Shown: one piece after another, positions 1 through 9,323 of the stretch
Numbering within the stretch: position 1 is the stretch's first letter
Layout of the letters: every line of letters begins with the position of its first letter
The notes under the pieces: generated by a model
Told to the model about the DNA's origin: nothing
Database searches by the model: none
The model's input: the letters and a program-made list of their open reading frames with translations, nothing else
Program-made: the position numbers and the translations under genes
Assembly (NCBI GenBank): GCA_963782525.1
Contig: CAWAKC010000007.1
Coordinates: forward strand, 320,001-384,000
DNA: 64,000 bases
Source: Candidatus Bathyarchaeota archaeon
GTDB lineage: Archaea > Thermoproteota > Bathyarchaeia > Bathyarchaeales > Bathycorpusculaceae
Reading direction: 5' to 3'

Positions 1-944
1 GATTCGCCGCCAAAGTCTAGTTCAACGCAGCCGGCTTTCTCTAAGAGTTGGAGGAAATCTTTGTCGTAATTTGCGAGGTAATCAAATCGGCAGTTAGCTC
101 TCCAGTGCACGCCTAACTTGCGATTTATGAGGCCTTGGCAAATTTCTTTAACCCGAAATTCATCCACGAAGACGTTGTCGTCGATTGGGTCAATGATTTT
201 GATGTGTGGGTATTTCTTAGTTATGTATTCGATTTCGTCGAGCACCTTTTTTGCAGATTTGCCTCGCCACCGGTTTTTGTTGAAGATGGAGTTGTAGCAG
301 AAACCGCATCGGTGTGGGCATCCTCGACTTGTTTGGATGTGGAAACGCCCTGATTTGAAAGCGGGATACTTGTCCATTTGGAGAAGTTCATAGGGCAACG
401 CTATGGGTATGGAGTCTAAGTCGATTGTTTTTCCATCAGGGTTGCTTTTGATTGCCCCGTTAATGACATAGGTTATGCCTGCAACACCGTCGATGGGTCG
501 GTTTAGCGCCAATGAGTTTGCCAAGTCTTTTATGATTAATTCGCCTTCGCCTCGAACAACAATATCAACGAAATCGTTGCTTGCGGTTTGTTCAGGCAGA
601 AGAGTTGGATGAACACCGCCCCAAACAAGAGGGCAAGAGGGATTCTGAATCCGAAGGTAACGAGCGAACTCAAGGGCATACTTGATTTGCAAGCCGCTCA
701 TGCAGCTTATTCCAACAAAAACTGGGGTTCCAACTTGGAAATGGCGGTAGTCTTCAAGGCGCATGTCAAGGATGCGCACGCTGAACCCGTCCTGTTTAAG
801 TGAGGAGGCAATATGCAGAAGAGCTAGCGGAATCTGAGGGTCAGGAGCCTTAAATTTTCCAGGATAAACAAGTACAATGTCCTTTTGAGTATTGCCTGAA
901 TGAAGGTTGCAAAAATGAGAAGCGCATGACTGTGGACTATACAA
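1..944 (-). CDS. B12-binding domain radical SAM protein (class B methyltransferase-like), partial, runs off the window start
   Basis: Manual minus-strand translation (absent from the ORF track) gives DIVLVYPG..PLALLHIAS, VWGGVHPTLLPE, VVRGEGE and TSRGCPHRCGFCYN (CxxxCxxC). The TTG start at 944 is uncertain. Confidence 0.85.
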   Translation of the reverse strand, partial: MYSPQSCASHFCNLHSGNTQKDIVLVYPGKFKAPDPQIPLALLHIASSLKQDGFSVRILDMRLEDYRHFQVGTPVFVGISCMSGLQIKYALEFARYLRIQNPSCPLVWGGVHPTLLPEQTASNDFVDIVVRGEGELIIKDLANSLALNRPIDGVAGITYVINGAIKSNPDGKTIDLDSIPIALPYELLQMDKYPAFKSGRFHIQTSRGCPHRCGFCYNSIFNKNRWRGKSAKKVLDEIEYITKKYPHIKIIDPIDDNVFVDEFRVKEICQGLINRKLGVHWRANCRFDYLANYDKDFLQLLEKAGCVELDFGGE

Positions 945-1037
945 AAGGAAATGCCTCAATAGATTTATTCAGAATTGCCCTATTAACACTTTACTAAATT
1001 GACGTTTGAAGAAGGATATCAAAATTAAAAGTCTAAT

Positions 1038-1059
1038 GCCGTTTCAAATTTGAAACGGC
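1038..1059. promoter_or_regulatory. Perfect 22-bp palindrome, possible operator or hairpin
   Basis: GCCGTTTCAAATTTGAAACGGC lies between rps19 and the radical SAM gene. Confidence 0.45.
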
Positions 1060-1065
1060 CAAGAT

Positions 1066-1137
1066 ACCAAGCCTATTTGGAAACTATATAGTTTATCGTT
1101 GCAGAAACCTGAAGGGGATAGGCCTGTATTGATTTTT
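1066..1137 (+). repeat. Dispersed ~70 bp repeat, copy 1
   Basis: ACCAAGCCTATTTGG..TTGCAGAAACCTGAAGGGGA..TATTG aligns with the copies at 24123 and 49254. Confidence 0.65.
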
Positions 1138-1222
1138 CAGCAGTAATTATTTGTTGAAGATGTTCAAAGTGATTCCTACGAAAGTTGACAAAACAAAATA
1201 GAAAATAAAGAAAGAAACTGGT

Positions 1223-1627
1223 TTATTTTAGTGGCACATACATTGATGAACGTGACGCACCGATACCTGGAGTTCCATGCCTAACGGGTTTGTTAGTTAT
1301 TGCGAATTCTCCAAGGTAATGACCAATCATTTCTGGCCTAATTTCCATGGCCACGAATTCTTTGCCATTGTGAACGGCGATTTTTGCGCTCACCATCTCT
1401 GGCAGAATGATAAGGTCTCGTACGTGTGTTTTTAAGCTGACGTCTTTGCCTTCTTTTTTGGCTTCTTTGGCTTCGCGTAGTTTTTCTAGCAGGATACGTT
1501 GTTCTGGTGTTAGTCCGCGTTGGAGGCTTCTGCGTTGGCGCGAGGGAAGCAAATTGATGAATTCATCCATAGACATGCCTGTTAAACTATTGAGGCTGTG
1601 TCCACGGTAGCTAAATTCTTTCGGCAT
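1223..1627 (-). CDS. rps19: 30S ribosomal protein uS19
   Basis: [14 protein letters not shown] and [12 protein letters not shown] motifs, [11 protein letters not shown]-terminus. Confidence 0.98.
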   Translation of the reverse strand: MPKEFSYRGHSLNSLTGMSMDEFINLLPSRQRRSLQRGLTPEQRILLEKLREAKEAKKEGKDVSLKTHVRDLIILPEMVSAKIAVHNGKEFVAMEIRPEMIGHYLGEFAITNKPVRHGTPGIGASRSSMYVPLK

Positions 1628-1672
1628 TTTTCATCTTTCCTAAACTTGTTTTTGTCCTCTATTATAGTTTCC

Positions 1673-2413
1673 TTAGCGGATTGCTCGTTTCTTCTTCTGT
1701 CCTGGACCTCTGGCTGCGATGAGTCCGACTTTCTGTCCTGGTGGAGCGCCATGCGAGGTAGTTGTGCATCTGCGAGAGCTGCGTTTACTGCTTCCGTATG
1801 GGTGAACTGCTGGAACCATTTTGCGACCGCTAGTTCTTGGATAAGTGTGACCTTTAGCTTTCATCAAGTGGAATTTTGCGCCTGCTTTCAGGAATGGCTT
1901 ATCGATTCTTCCAGAAGCGGAGATTACTCCGACGGTGGATAAGCAATAATCGTCAACGTAGCGTGTTCTGCCTGAAGGCAATCGAATCAGGGTGCCTTGC
2001 GGAGTGTGACCAACAACAGTTGCGTATGCGCCTGAAGACTTCGCCATCTTTCCTCCGTCACCTGGACGGAGTTCAAGATCGCAAACAATGGTTCCTTCAG
2101 GAACTTTTCCCAAAGGAATGATATTGCCTATTTCAGCTGGAGCTTTTCCGCCGTAGCAAATTTGCTGTCCAGTAAAAACGCCTTCTGGAACAACTGTGTA
2201 AATGGATAAGCCGTTCTCGAATTTTACAAGTGATAATGGGGCGCCGCGACCTGGGTCATGTACAAGTTCTGCTATTGTGCCCATTATTGAGGCTTCATAA
2301 GATTGTTTGGGTGCGATTGCTGGATACTTTGCTGGAGCAACACGTTTGTGAGTGTTGGCACGGAAGTTCCGTCCACCGCGACCACGTCTTTGAACACGAA
2401 TTCGTTTTCCCAT
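1673..2413 (-). CDS. rpl2: 50S ribosomal protein uL2
   Basis: MGKRIRVQRRGRG, HDPGRGAPL and APPGQKVGLIAAR motifs. Confidence 0.98.
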   Translation of the reverse strand: MGKRIRVQRRGRGGRNFRANTHKRVAPAKYPAIAPKQSYEASIMGTIAELVHDPGRGAPLSLVKFENGLSIYTVVPEGVFTGQQICYGGKAPAEIGNIIPLGKVPEGTIVCDLELRPGDGGKMAKSSGAYATVVGHTPQGTLIRLPSGRTRYVDDYCLSTVGVISASGRIDKPFLKAGAKFHLMKAKGHTYPRTSGRKMVPAVHPYGSSKRSSRRCTTTSHGAPPGQKVGLIAARGPGQKKKRAIR

Positions 2414-2430
2414 AAGTCATGCCTTCTATG

Positions 2431-2691
2431 TTAGAGTATTCCAAGTTTAATTGCAACGTCTGAAGCTTTGAATTCTGGCTTTAGCTTCACGAACGCTTTC
2501 TTTACGCCCTGCGGAGTAATGAGCATGTTAATTTTGCTAACTTTAACTTCGTAGAGGGTTTCAACGGCGCGTTTAACGTCGGTTTTGCCTGCTTTGAGGT
2601 TGACTATGAAGATTAGTTTGTTGTCTCGTTCAACCATAACGCTTGCGGATTCTGTCATCAGTGGAAAATTGATTATTTCGTTAATGTCCAT
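2431..2691 (-). CDS. rpl23: 50S ribosomal protein uL23
   Basis: KKAFVKL motif and position between rpl4 and rpl2. Confidence 0.97.
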   Translation of the reverse strand: MDINEIINFPLMTESASVMVERDNKLIFIVNLKAGKTDVKRAVETLYEVKVSKINMLITPQGVKKAFVKLKPEFKASDVAIKLGIL

Positions 2692-2696
2692 TTTGT

Positions 2697-3476
2697 TTAT
2701 TCTCCATAAAGAGTGTTTAGTTTTTCTATTGCGCCGTTTGTCCAGACAGTTAATCTTCCTGGGTGGGTTCCTGGTGCAAGCATTTCAGTGTTAAGGTTAG
2801 TTACGGTTGTTACATCTACGCCTGGAAGGTTGCTGGCTGCGTTAACTAAGCTTTTTCCGTCGACAACTACGATTAGCGGTCCAACGGCTTGCTTCATTTT
2901 TCTGCCTCTACGCTTACCTTTCCCTGCGCGGACGCTGCGGCTGTCACGTACACGAGTTAAATCTTCAGCTATGCCAAGGCTTGTGAATGCTTCTTCAACT
3001 TGGCTTGCTTTAGTTAAGCCTTCAAGTATATCTTCAACCACTATCGGAAACTGTGGAACTTCCCCGATTTTGTGTCCGCGGGAAGTTACGGTTTCTTTCT
3101 GTGCGGTCGCTGCAATGGCAGAAATTAAAGCTAATTTTGCTTCCTTCTTTGGAATAGCGCGCAGTATTTTCTTTTCTGCTCTTGGCGGATGGGGTTGTCT
3201 TCCTTTAACTGTGCTTGGAGCAAAAGCTGCTCTGCCCGCACCGCTTTTCATGCGGGGAACTCTTGCAGTTGCGCTGCCAGTTCCTCGTGATTCTGCGGTG
3301 GTTTTCTTTCCAGCCATCGGGTCTCGGCCCTGCTTCTGTCTTCTGTTAGATTGAATCGCTAAGACGGCGCGTTTTATCACGTCTGGTCTTAGGGGTGTAG
3401 AGAAAACGCTTGGAAGCGCAATTTTACCTGTTGCTTTGCCTTGTAAGTCAAAGATTTCTGCTGTTTTTTGTGCCAT
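2697..3476 (-). CDS. rpl4: 50S ribosomal protein uL4
   Basis: RPDVIKRAV, RAGKGKRRGR and LAPGTHPGRLTVWT motifs. Confidence 0.98.
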   Translation of the reverse strand: MAQKTAEIFDLQGKATGKIALPSVFSTPLRPDVIKRAVLAIQSNRRQKQGRDPMAGKKTTAESRGTGSATARVPRMKSGAGRAAFAPSTVKGRQPHPPRAEKKILRAIPKKEAKLALISAIAATAQKETVTSRGHKIGEVPQFPIVVEDILEGLTKASQVEEAFTSLGIAEDLTRVRDSRSVRAGKGKRRGRKMKQAVGPLIVVVDGKSLVNAASNLPGVDVTTVTNLNTEMLAPGTHPGRLTVWTNGAIEKLNTLYGE

Positions 3477-3489
3477 GGCTTAATTCACC

Positions 3490-4506
3490 TTACTTTCCTT
3501 GTGGGGACTCCAGTGAGATATATGTGACTTGTGGTGCTGCTTCGGGAACTTCTGTTGGTGGACGTGCTGGGACTCTTAATCGGATTTGGCGTTTTTCTGT
3601 TCCAGGTATGCTGCCTTCGATTAAAACGTAGGGTCCGTTCACTTCTCCGTATCGGATGAAGCCGCCTTTAACGGTGACTTCTTTGCCGTTTTTACCGATT
3701 TTAAGGATGCGTTTGTTGAATTCGATGCGTTGGTGATAACCCATTTGGCCTGCTCGTGGAATAGAGTACATTAGGTGGTGTGGATTCCATGGACCTAAAG
3801 TTGCGATTCCTCGCTTGGTTTTTCTGCCTTTATGCTGCAGGCAAGTTACTCCCCAACGTTTAACTGGACCTTGGAAACCCTTGCCGACTGTGATTCCGCC
3901 GACGTCGATGTATTGTCCGTCTTTGAAGACTTCTTCAGGCGTCACGGTTTTGCCCAAGAGTTGCTTAGCATACTCGAATTGTTGGGCGATTGTTCCGCCG
4001 CCGATTTGGATTTCGCTTGTTTCAGGTTTCTTCTTTGAGAGGCTGGTTTGTGATGGTTGTGTGGCGGCGATGACGCGAACTATGTTTGTTTGTTCGAGGT
4101 TTTGCGAGAGTTTCTCAAGCATTGCTTCGGTGTTAAAGTTGTCTGGTAGAACCAGTTTTCTGTCAAGTATGGCTGGTGGGTCTTTCATCCAAGCTTCCGA
4201 TATGTTTTGGAGCCCGTATGGTGTTTTAGTGTAAGTTCTTATGCCACATACAAGGATAGGTGGTGTTTCTAGGATGGTCGCTGCTCGAGCAACTTCTTTT
4301 CCAAAATGAGGAGAACGTTTACGGTCCTCGATTGTAAATACATAAGTCATGCCTGCTTTGTAGGCTGCTGAAAAACCAAGTAACTTTGGAGATTCTGACT
4401 TTATTTCTGGCCAGTATCTTATGCGTGCTGTCGGTTTCTTCGCACGATGCCTTGGCAAATAGGCTAATGAACCATGTTTTGGAGCATGAGTTTTACGATG
4501 TCCCAT
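3490..4506 (-). CDS. rpl3: 50S ribosomal protein uL3
   Basis: MGHRKTHAPKHGSL, GKGFQGPVKRWG and RAGQMGYHQR motifs. Start trimmed to the ATG at 4506. Confidence 0.97.
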   Translation of the reverse strand: MGHRKTHAPKHGSLAYLPRHRAKKPTARIRYWPEIKSESPKLLGFSAAYKAGMTYVFTIEDRKRSPHFGKEVARAATILETPPILVCGIRTYTKTPYGLQNISEAWMKDPPAILDRKLVLPDNFNTEAMLEKLSQNLEQTNIVRVIAATQPSQTSLSKKKPETSEIQIGGGTIAQQFEYAKQLLGKTVTPEEVFKDGQYIDVGGITVGKGFQGPVKRWGVTCLQHKGRKTKRGIATLGPWNPHHLMYSIPRAGQMGYHQRIEFNKRILKIGKNGKEVTVKGGFIRYGEVNGPYVLIEGSIPGTEKRQIRLRVPARPPTEVPEAAPQVTYISLESPQGK

Positions 4507-5223
4507 AGTACTTCCGCTTCGCGCCTTTAGCAAATAGTAGAAGGGGTTATAAACGTTGCCATCAAAAACGCAAAAGTGAGCGCAACCTTCGAAAAAGAAA
4601 TTTAGCAACTCAATTGCGTGAGTTGTTAGAGTATTTTAATTGTTAGCTATCTTTTGCAATGGATAAAGATTTCTGCTTTTAAAATAAACATTTTTTTGTT
4701 GGGTAGCATGTTGTTTGAGCAAAGCTTTGTGAAGACGTTTTCTTTGATCTTTAAAAACTGGCATGTGTATGCAATAATAGCTTTCAACCTTTATGTTGTT
4801 TGTGTAAAGTGTTAATAGAATTTTTTTTCACAACATTTGTTTCTCGCTAATTGCGATTTTTTGCCTTCTGTGATTTGGGTTAATTGTTGCAACCGCTTTG
4901 CAAAATGCAGGTGCAACAACAACTTCTCTGGCGCTTACTATCTCAACCAATTAAACCATCAAGATGGCAGAATACTGTAATTAGGTTAGTTTTGAAAGAT
5001 GCAACAGTCGATGTGCAAAACTTCAATTGCAGCAGCATCAGCAGCAGCAACTTTTATTTGATTTTGATTTGGTTGGTTTCGGATTGGGTTGTTTTCGGGG
5101 CTTTCAAGTTTGTGGTATGAGTTAGTTTGTGGATTCTCTCGGGCTCGATAAAAGGAGTGAACTGAAATTATCGTAGTCGCACTGAAAACTCTTTTAGCCA
5201 CAACACCAAATCATATGGCTGGA

Positions 5224-5348
5224 GCCGGGGTGGCGGAGTGGTTATCGCGCCAGCCTCGAGATCAAACAAAAGAGGGCTAAAGCCAGAAATGGCAAGATAG
5301 CTGGTGGGCTTCGTGCTCGCAGGGGTTCGAATCCCTTCCCCGGCGCCA
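5224..5348 (+). tRNA. tRNA-Ser(CGA) with a 38-nt intron (5261-5298) at position 37/38, CCA encoded
   Basis: Acceptor stem GCCGGGG/CCCCGGC, anticodon stem CCAGC/GCTGG, long variable arm, GGTTCGAATCC T-arm and a relaxed BHB motif. Confidence 0.92.
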
Positions 5349-5486
5349 TTAATCGTTTTATTTAGTTTTTCTGAAGCTTCAAACCTATTAACAAAAAATG
5401 GCTTGTTAGTCGAAACAGGATAAAATCCTAAAAGAGATAATATAGATTTTCAGCCAAAAACAACCACATCCGCAGTCCAATACTTT

Positions 5487-5808
5487 GTAGAAGAAGAAAA
5501 ACGGCTGATTCCCACAGAAAAAACCCGTTCTCCTTCTTTCCACCACAATCAAAGCCCAGTATAATTGAAAGAAGAAGACACTGACCTGCACACATCCACT
5601 GTCTTCTTCTACCTGTCAAGGGAAGAAGAAAAATCGGTTTTTCCCTAATAGCAATTTTGTCTTCTTCCAACTTAAAGCAAATTTCCTTTTGCGAGGCATC
5701 AATTAACGGGTAGAAGAGAAGGTTGTTGAGTTGCCACCGTCTTCTTCTTTTAAAACTATTATTCCAAAAGAACAACAACACTTGCAAATGGCGTGTTGTT
5801 GTTCTACC
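5487..5808. repeat. Array of five imperfect hairpins (AGAAGAAG...CTTCTTCT), REP/REPIN-like
   Basis: Hairpins at about 5487-5540, 5567-5612, 5619-5668, 5709-5750 and 5766-5808. GTAG/CTAC ends alternate. Confidence 0.6.
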
Positions 5809-6059
5809 ATCAGTTGTTAATGCTCATCCACACCTTAGACGATAACGTTACAGCTACCTTCCACAGGTGAATATTGCTCCTAAAGTGAAAACCTCTTCTA
5901 CGAGTACTGTGTTCGATTGTCTGGTGCTTTAGGGCTGAGTAAACTTGTCAGCATTGACAAATTACAGTTAACTAATTTTATATTCAGGTTTTTACTAAGT
6001 TATAATCATTCGTTTTGGCGTTTTTTAATTAATGTTAGACACAGAGGTGATAAAAAGTA

Positions 6060-6365
6060 TTAAATAACAATTTGTTGAGTAATGATGGGTGATACTATTT
6101 CTGTTGCCCTTTCATCTATCCCTCCTGTGGTGATATCGAATGTCCATGTATCGTCAGGGTGTATTAGGGTAAGAGGTTTTGTAGAATAGGGTTTTATCCA
6201 CCGATTTCCTGCAACTTTTATGCATACGTCAACTCGAAAATCAGAATTGTTAACGTGATGAACGGACTCAAACAGATCATCTTAGCTTCCGTATAGCGGG
6301 ATATAGCTGAAAGAAATGGTTGGTGTTTCTTGGTTATCTAAAGTTTGGCTTTCCAAGTTGTTGGG
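6060..6365 (-). pseudogene. Decayed in-frame C-terminal domain of the GH17 gene
   Basis: Same frame as 6366..7523. Reads PNNLESQTLDNQETPTISFSYIPLYGS*DDL..RWIKPYSTKPLTLIHPDDTWTFDITTGGIDERATEI with an internal TAA at 6282-6284. Confidence 0.6.
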
Positions 6366-7523
6366 CTATGTTTGGCCGTTGAATATTTTATCCATGTTTG
6401 TTTTGAAACTTCCATTATTGTCCCAAATGCCCCAATGGACGCCTACGGCGCCCTCGTTTGTTTTCCAGGGCTCATCGAACGCTTCAAAATACATAAACGA
6501 GACGTTGCTTGACTTAGCCCATGATACAAAAGTCATGAAGAAGTATCGAGCGTTTTCGGGTGATGGAATGGCGTTTCCAATTTTGTTGCCTGCGCTTGGC
6601 CAGCCAGTTTCTGCAATTATCACTGTTTTTCCGGCTGATGTGGCTATGATCTGTTGGTATGTAATGTTTAGGTGGAATAAGGCTTCATCTACGTTGACTC
6701 CTTGCCAGAAAGGATAGATGTTGGGCATTATGAGGTCGCATGCGTTCATTACTGCTGGGTGTCTTAGTAATTCGGTGTCAGTGTCTGCGGTTGTTACAGG
6801 TATTTCTGGGACAGCTTTCTTGACAGTGTGCATATAGTCTATTAGTTGGGATTCTGTTAAGTCACCTCTAAGAAGCACTTCTGAGCCTACTATGAGAATG
6901 TCTGCATTGCCAGCCTTACCTACGCTTATGAGGTTTGCGATTTCTTGCTGGTTTGCCGTTGTGTCAGAGCTTAGCCATGCCTGGGCAGCTACATTTATAT
7001 TCATTTCATTTGCTATAACGCCTACTTTTTCGAGGCCATGGGTACACCCATAGGTTCTGATCCATTGCGTGTATGGCTTTACAGTGGTCAATAGGTTCCT
7101 TATTTGGTTCTCTGAAATGATCGTGCCGTAGCTTGGATCTTGTCCTGTTTGAGTGAATGGGCTGAAATCCAATCCATATGCTTGGTATGGTGCTGAGAGG
7201 TATAGGGTGATTGTCTTGTTGGAGGTCATGCTAACTGTTGTTGGGTTGGTTGAATTGCTTTCTGTATTATTCCATGCGCTAAACGTCCAACCCTTACTTG
7301 GTGTTGCTATTAGACTTACAGATGAACCTGCTGGGTAGACATGGTCTCCGGCGGATGGATCAGAGGTTCCGTTGCCGATGATTATTATTTTGAGCGTGTA
7401 AGAGGAGAGTATCGGTGAGGGAATAGGGCCAGGAGATATAGCTCCAAAATGTATTGCTGTAGCAAAACCGATAACAAGTGCTACAATAAGGACACCAATT
7501 AGCAATAATCGCTTCTTTTTCAT
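6366..7523 (-). CDS. Secreted or membrane-anchored glycoside hydrolase family 17 (beta-1,3-glucanase/transglycosylase) with an InlB-like repeat domain
   Basis: N-terminal TM/signal segment, WIRTYG, IVGSEVLLRGD, NIYPFW, IAETGWPSAG and YFEAFDEPWK motifs. Confidence 0.88.
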   Translation of the reverse strand: MKKKRLLLIGVLIVALVIGFATAIHFGAISPGPIPSPILSSYTLKIIIIGNGTSDPSAGDHVYPAGSSVSLIATPSKGWTFSAWNNTESNSTNPTTVSMTSNKTITLYLSAPYQAYGLDFSPFTQTGQDPSYGTIISENQIRNLLTTVKPYTQWIRTYGCTHGLEKVGVIANEMNINVAAQAWLSSDTTANQQEIANLISVGKAGNADILIVGSEVLLRGDLTESQLIDYMHTVKKAVPEIPVTTADTDTELLRHPAVMNACDLIMPNIYPFWQGVNVDEALFHLNITYQQIIATSAGKTVIIAETGWPSAGNKIGNAIPSPENARYFFMTFVSWAKSSNVSFMYFEAFDEPWKTNEGAVGVHWGIWDNNGSFKTNMDKIFNGQT

Positions 7524-7534
7524 CCTGTTTTACC

Positions 7535-8290
7535 CTATTTTGTTAAAGCGTTGGTTGGTTTTTCTATAAGGCCAATTTTTAAGTATGCTACTGCTAGACC
7601 ATATTCGGCATCGCTTCTTATACTAATTAAAGGATTAATCATCCTATCGGTTGGCACAGTGCTAATGTATGTTAATGTTTCATTAAAGGCCTTTATTGGG
7701 TCGCATGCAGAAGAAGGAAAACAGTACAGCGCGGAAATTCCTTTATATAACATTAATTCTGGATCACTAGGAGAATAAGTTGCAGCTTCGCTAAAGCATT
7801 GATAACTAAAGTCAAAGAGGTGAGTATCCATTTCTTCTGTGTAATTACTTGAATTCCCACAATAGTCTATCAAAGACTTTGCATAGCTATATGGAGGCCT
7901 AATATTGGCCTTAACTAAAATAGTCGCATTGTTAATTCCCCAGTCCAAATAAGCAAGCCCCTCACTTCTCAAAACCGAGGGTGAACGCCTAAAGATTTCT
8001 AACGCAGCATCATAAGAGTCAATAGCTTTTTGATAATTTTGGCTATTAAGAAACTTATTACCTTGTGTTATGTCCTCTTGAAAGCTCAATTCTTGGTGAG
8101 GAGCGTTTTCAATGTGGTCAAAAATGCTTACGAATAAGCTCAATGACGCTATAAGCGATGTCACGACCATAATTTTTTGTGTCGTAGTGAGATGCGGAAA
8201 CTTTAGCCATCTTGGGAGCCGCCTCGTTTTGTGATTGTCATGATTAACCTTTGTATTTGTTGAATTAGGATGAGATTTTCTCCTAACCAT
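7535..8290 (-). CDS. Membrane-anchored TPR protein
   Basis: Single TM followed by TPR-like helices (YQKAIDSYDAALE, YGLAVAYLKIG). Confidence 0.7.
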   Translation of the reverse strand: MVRRKSHPNSTNTKVNHDNHKTRRLPRWLKFPHLTTTQKIMVVTSLIASLSLFVSIFDHIENAPHQELSFQEDITQGNKFLNSQNYQKAIDSYDAALEIFRRSPSVLRSEGLAYLDWGINNATILVKANIRPPYSYAKSLIDYCGNSSNYTEEMDTHLFDFSYQCFSEAATYSPSDPELMLYKGISALYCFPSSACDPIKAFNETLTYISTVPTDRMINPLISIRSDAEYGLAVAYLKIGLIEKPTNALTK

Positions 8291-8312
8291 TTTTAGCTGG
8301 TCCCCTCAGTTC

Positions 8313-9323
8313 TTAGACGAATTGCAAATCATCTAAATAGAAGGTGCAGCCGTTGGGATTTTGATCTGTATTGGTGACCCAGGTGAATCCGCCCACAACA
8401 TGGCTTAGATCTTTTCCTGTTAAGTCAATTGTGTACTGCTGCCATTGAGCTGAGAGTGTAACTACCGCTGGTTCTGTAGTAACCGCTGGCTGAATCGAGT
8501 CAGGAAACTGTCCAGAAATGCCGCCGACTTTGAACTCGCCTTTCTCACCACCGATTTCGCCGCGAGCCCAGAATGTTAGTTTTGTTACTCCTGTAAGATC
8601 TCGTCCGCCTGTTTTGTCTCCCCAATTGTTAGTTGGGTACTGCCAATAGAGGCCCGCCCATTCGTTACCTTGTGACCCTGCTGCAGAGTAAGTGATTTTA
8701 ATACAAAGAGGTGTTGAATGTGGATTGTTTGTTGAAGCAGTGTCTAATTTGATATCACCCCAATCGCCCATCCATCCTGAGGCATAGAAAAGATTGGTGA
8801 CTGACATAGAAGGGCTTACATCGGATCCAGCTGTAATGTGTAGAGTGTATTTGCAAGAATGTTCTTTACTTTCCTGTGCTCCGATTGCGTATATTGTTAT
8901 TGTGTAGGTTCCTACAGAAGCGTTAGGGCTTGCAGACACTGTTAAAGTAGACGTGAAAGTTGGAGTTGGTTTTCCAATCGGACTGTTAAAAGTTACTGAA
9001 ACGTCTGTCGATTGTTCAGGGGCGCTAAGACTGACATCGTATGGGTATTTTTCCGCTTGCTGGATAGTAACAGTCTCTTGTATAGTGTGACCTTGTTGAA
9101 CCGTACCTTGTATAGGATCAACAGATACGGTGAAATCGCTAACGGGCGCGCGCATATTAGCAAATTGTGGATAGAGACCAACTACCCCGACAACAGCAGC
9201 TATAATTGTGGCTATACTTGCGATTGTTAGCGTATTTTTTTGATTTTTTGACAGACGCCCTTTTCTTTTGGTGGAATTAAAAAATGAATAAATATTTATT
9301 CTTGAAGTAAACCACTTAGCCAT
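8313..9323 (-). CDS. Membrane-anchored protein with an Ig-like domain and a galactose-binding-like (CBM11-like) module
   Basis: TM, T/S-rich beta-sandwich, and C-terminal SGWMGD..WAGLYWQYP..DLTGVTKLTFWARG..WQQYTIDL..FYLDDL. Confidence 0.7.
   Translation of the reverse strand: MAKWFTSRINIYSFFNSTKRKGRLSKNQKNTLTIASIATIIAAVVGVVGLYPQFANMRAPVSDFTVSVDPIQGTVQQGHTIQETVTIQQAEKYPYDVSLSAPEQSTDVSVTFNSPIGKPTPTFTSTLTVSASPNASVGTYTITIYAIGAQESKEHSCKYTLHITAGSDVSPSMSVTNLFYASGWMGDWGDIKLDTASTNNPHSTPLCIKITYSAAGSQGNEWAGLYWQYPTNNWGDKTGGRDLTGVTKLTFWARGEIGGEKGEFKVGGISGQFPDSIQPAVTTEPAVVTLSAQWQQYTIDLTGKDLSHVVGGFTWVTNTDQNPNGCTFYLDDLQFV

Noticed and set aside
2713-3354. Long antisense ORFs over housekeeping genes (e.g. 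2713..3354, 28585..29154, 60486..61022)
   Set aside because: Shadow ORFs of well-identified genes with no recognisable motifs.
4507-4608. N-terminal extension of rpl3, and likewise of 22433..23614, 23454..24110 and 30716..31618
   Set aside because: Conserved sequence begins at downstream ATGs. The extensions cover promoter regions or neighbouring genes.
5487-5808. CRISPR array interpretation of the hairpin array
   Set aside because: Units are not identical direct repeats, spacing is irregular, and there are no cas genes in the window.
6366-6368. Pyrrolysine or amber readthrough of the GH17 TAG
   Set aside because: A second in-frame TAA 28 codons downstream points to decay rather than recoding.
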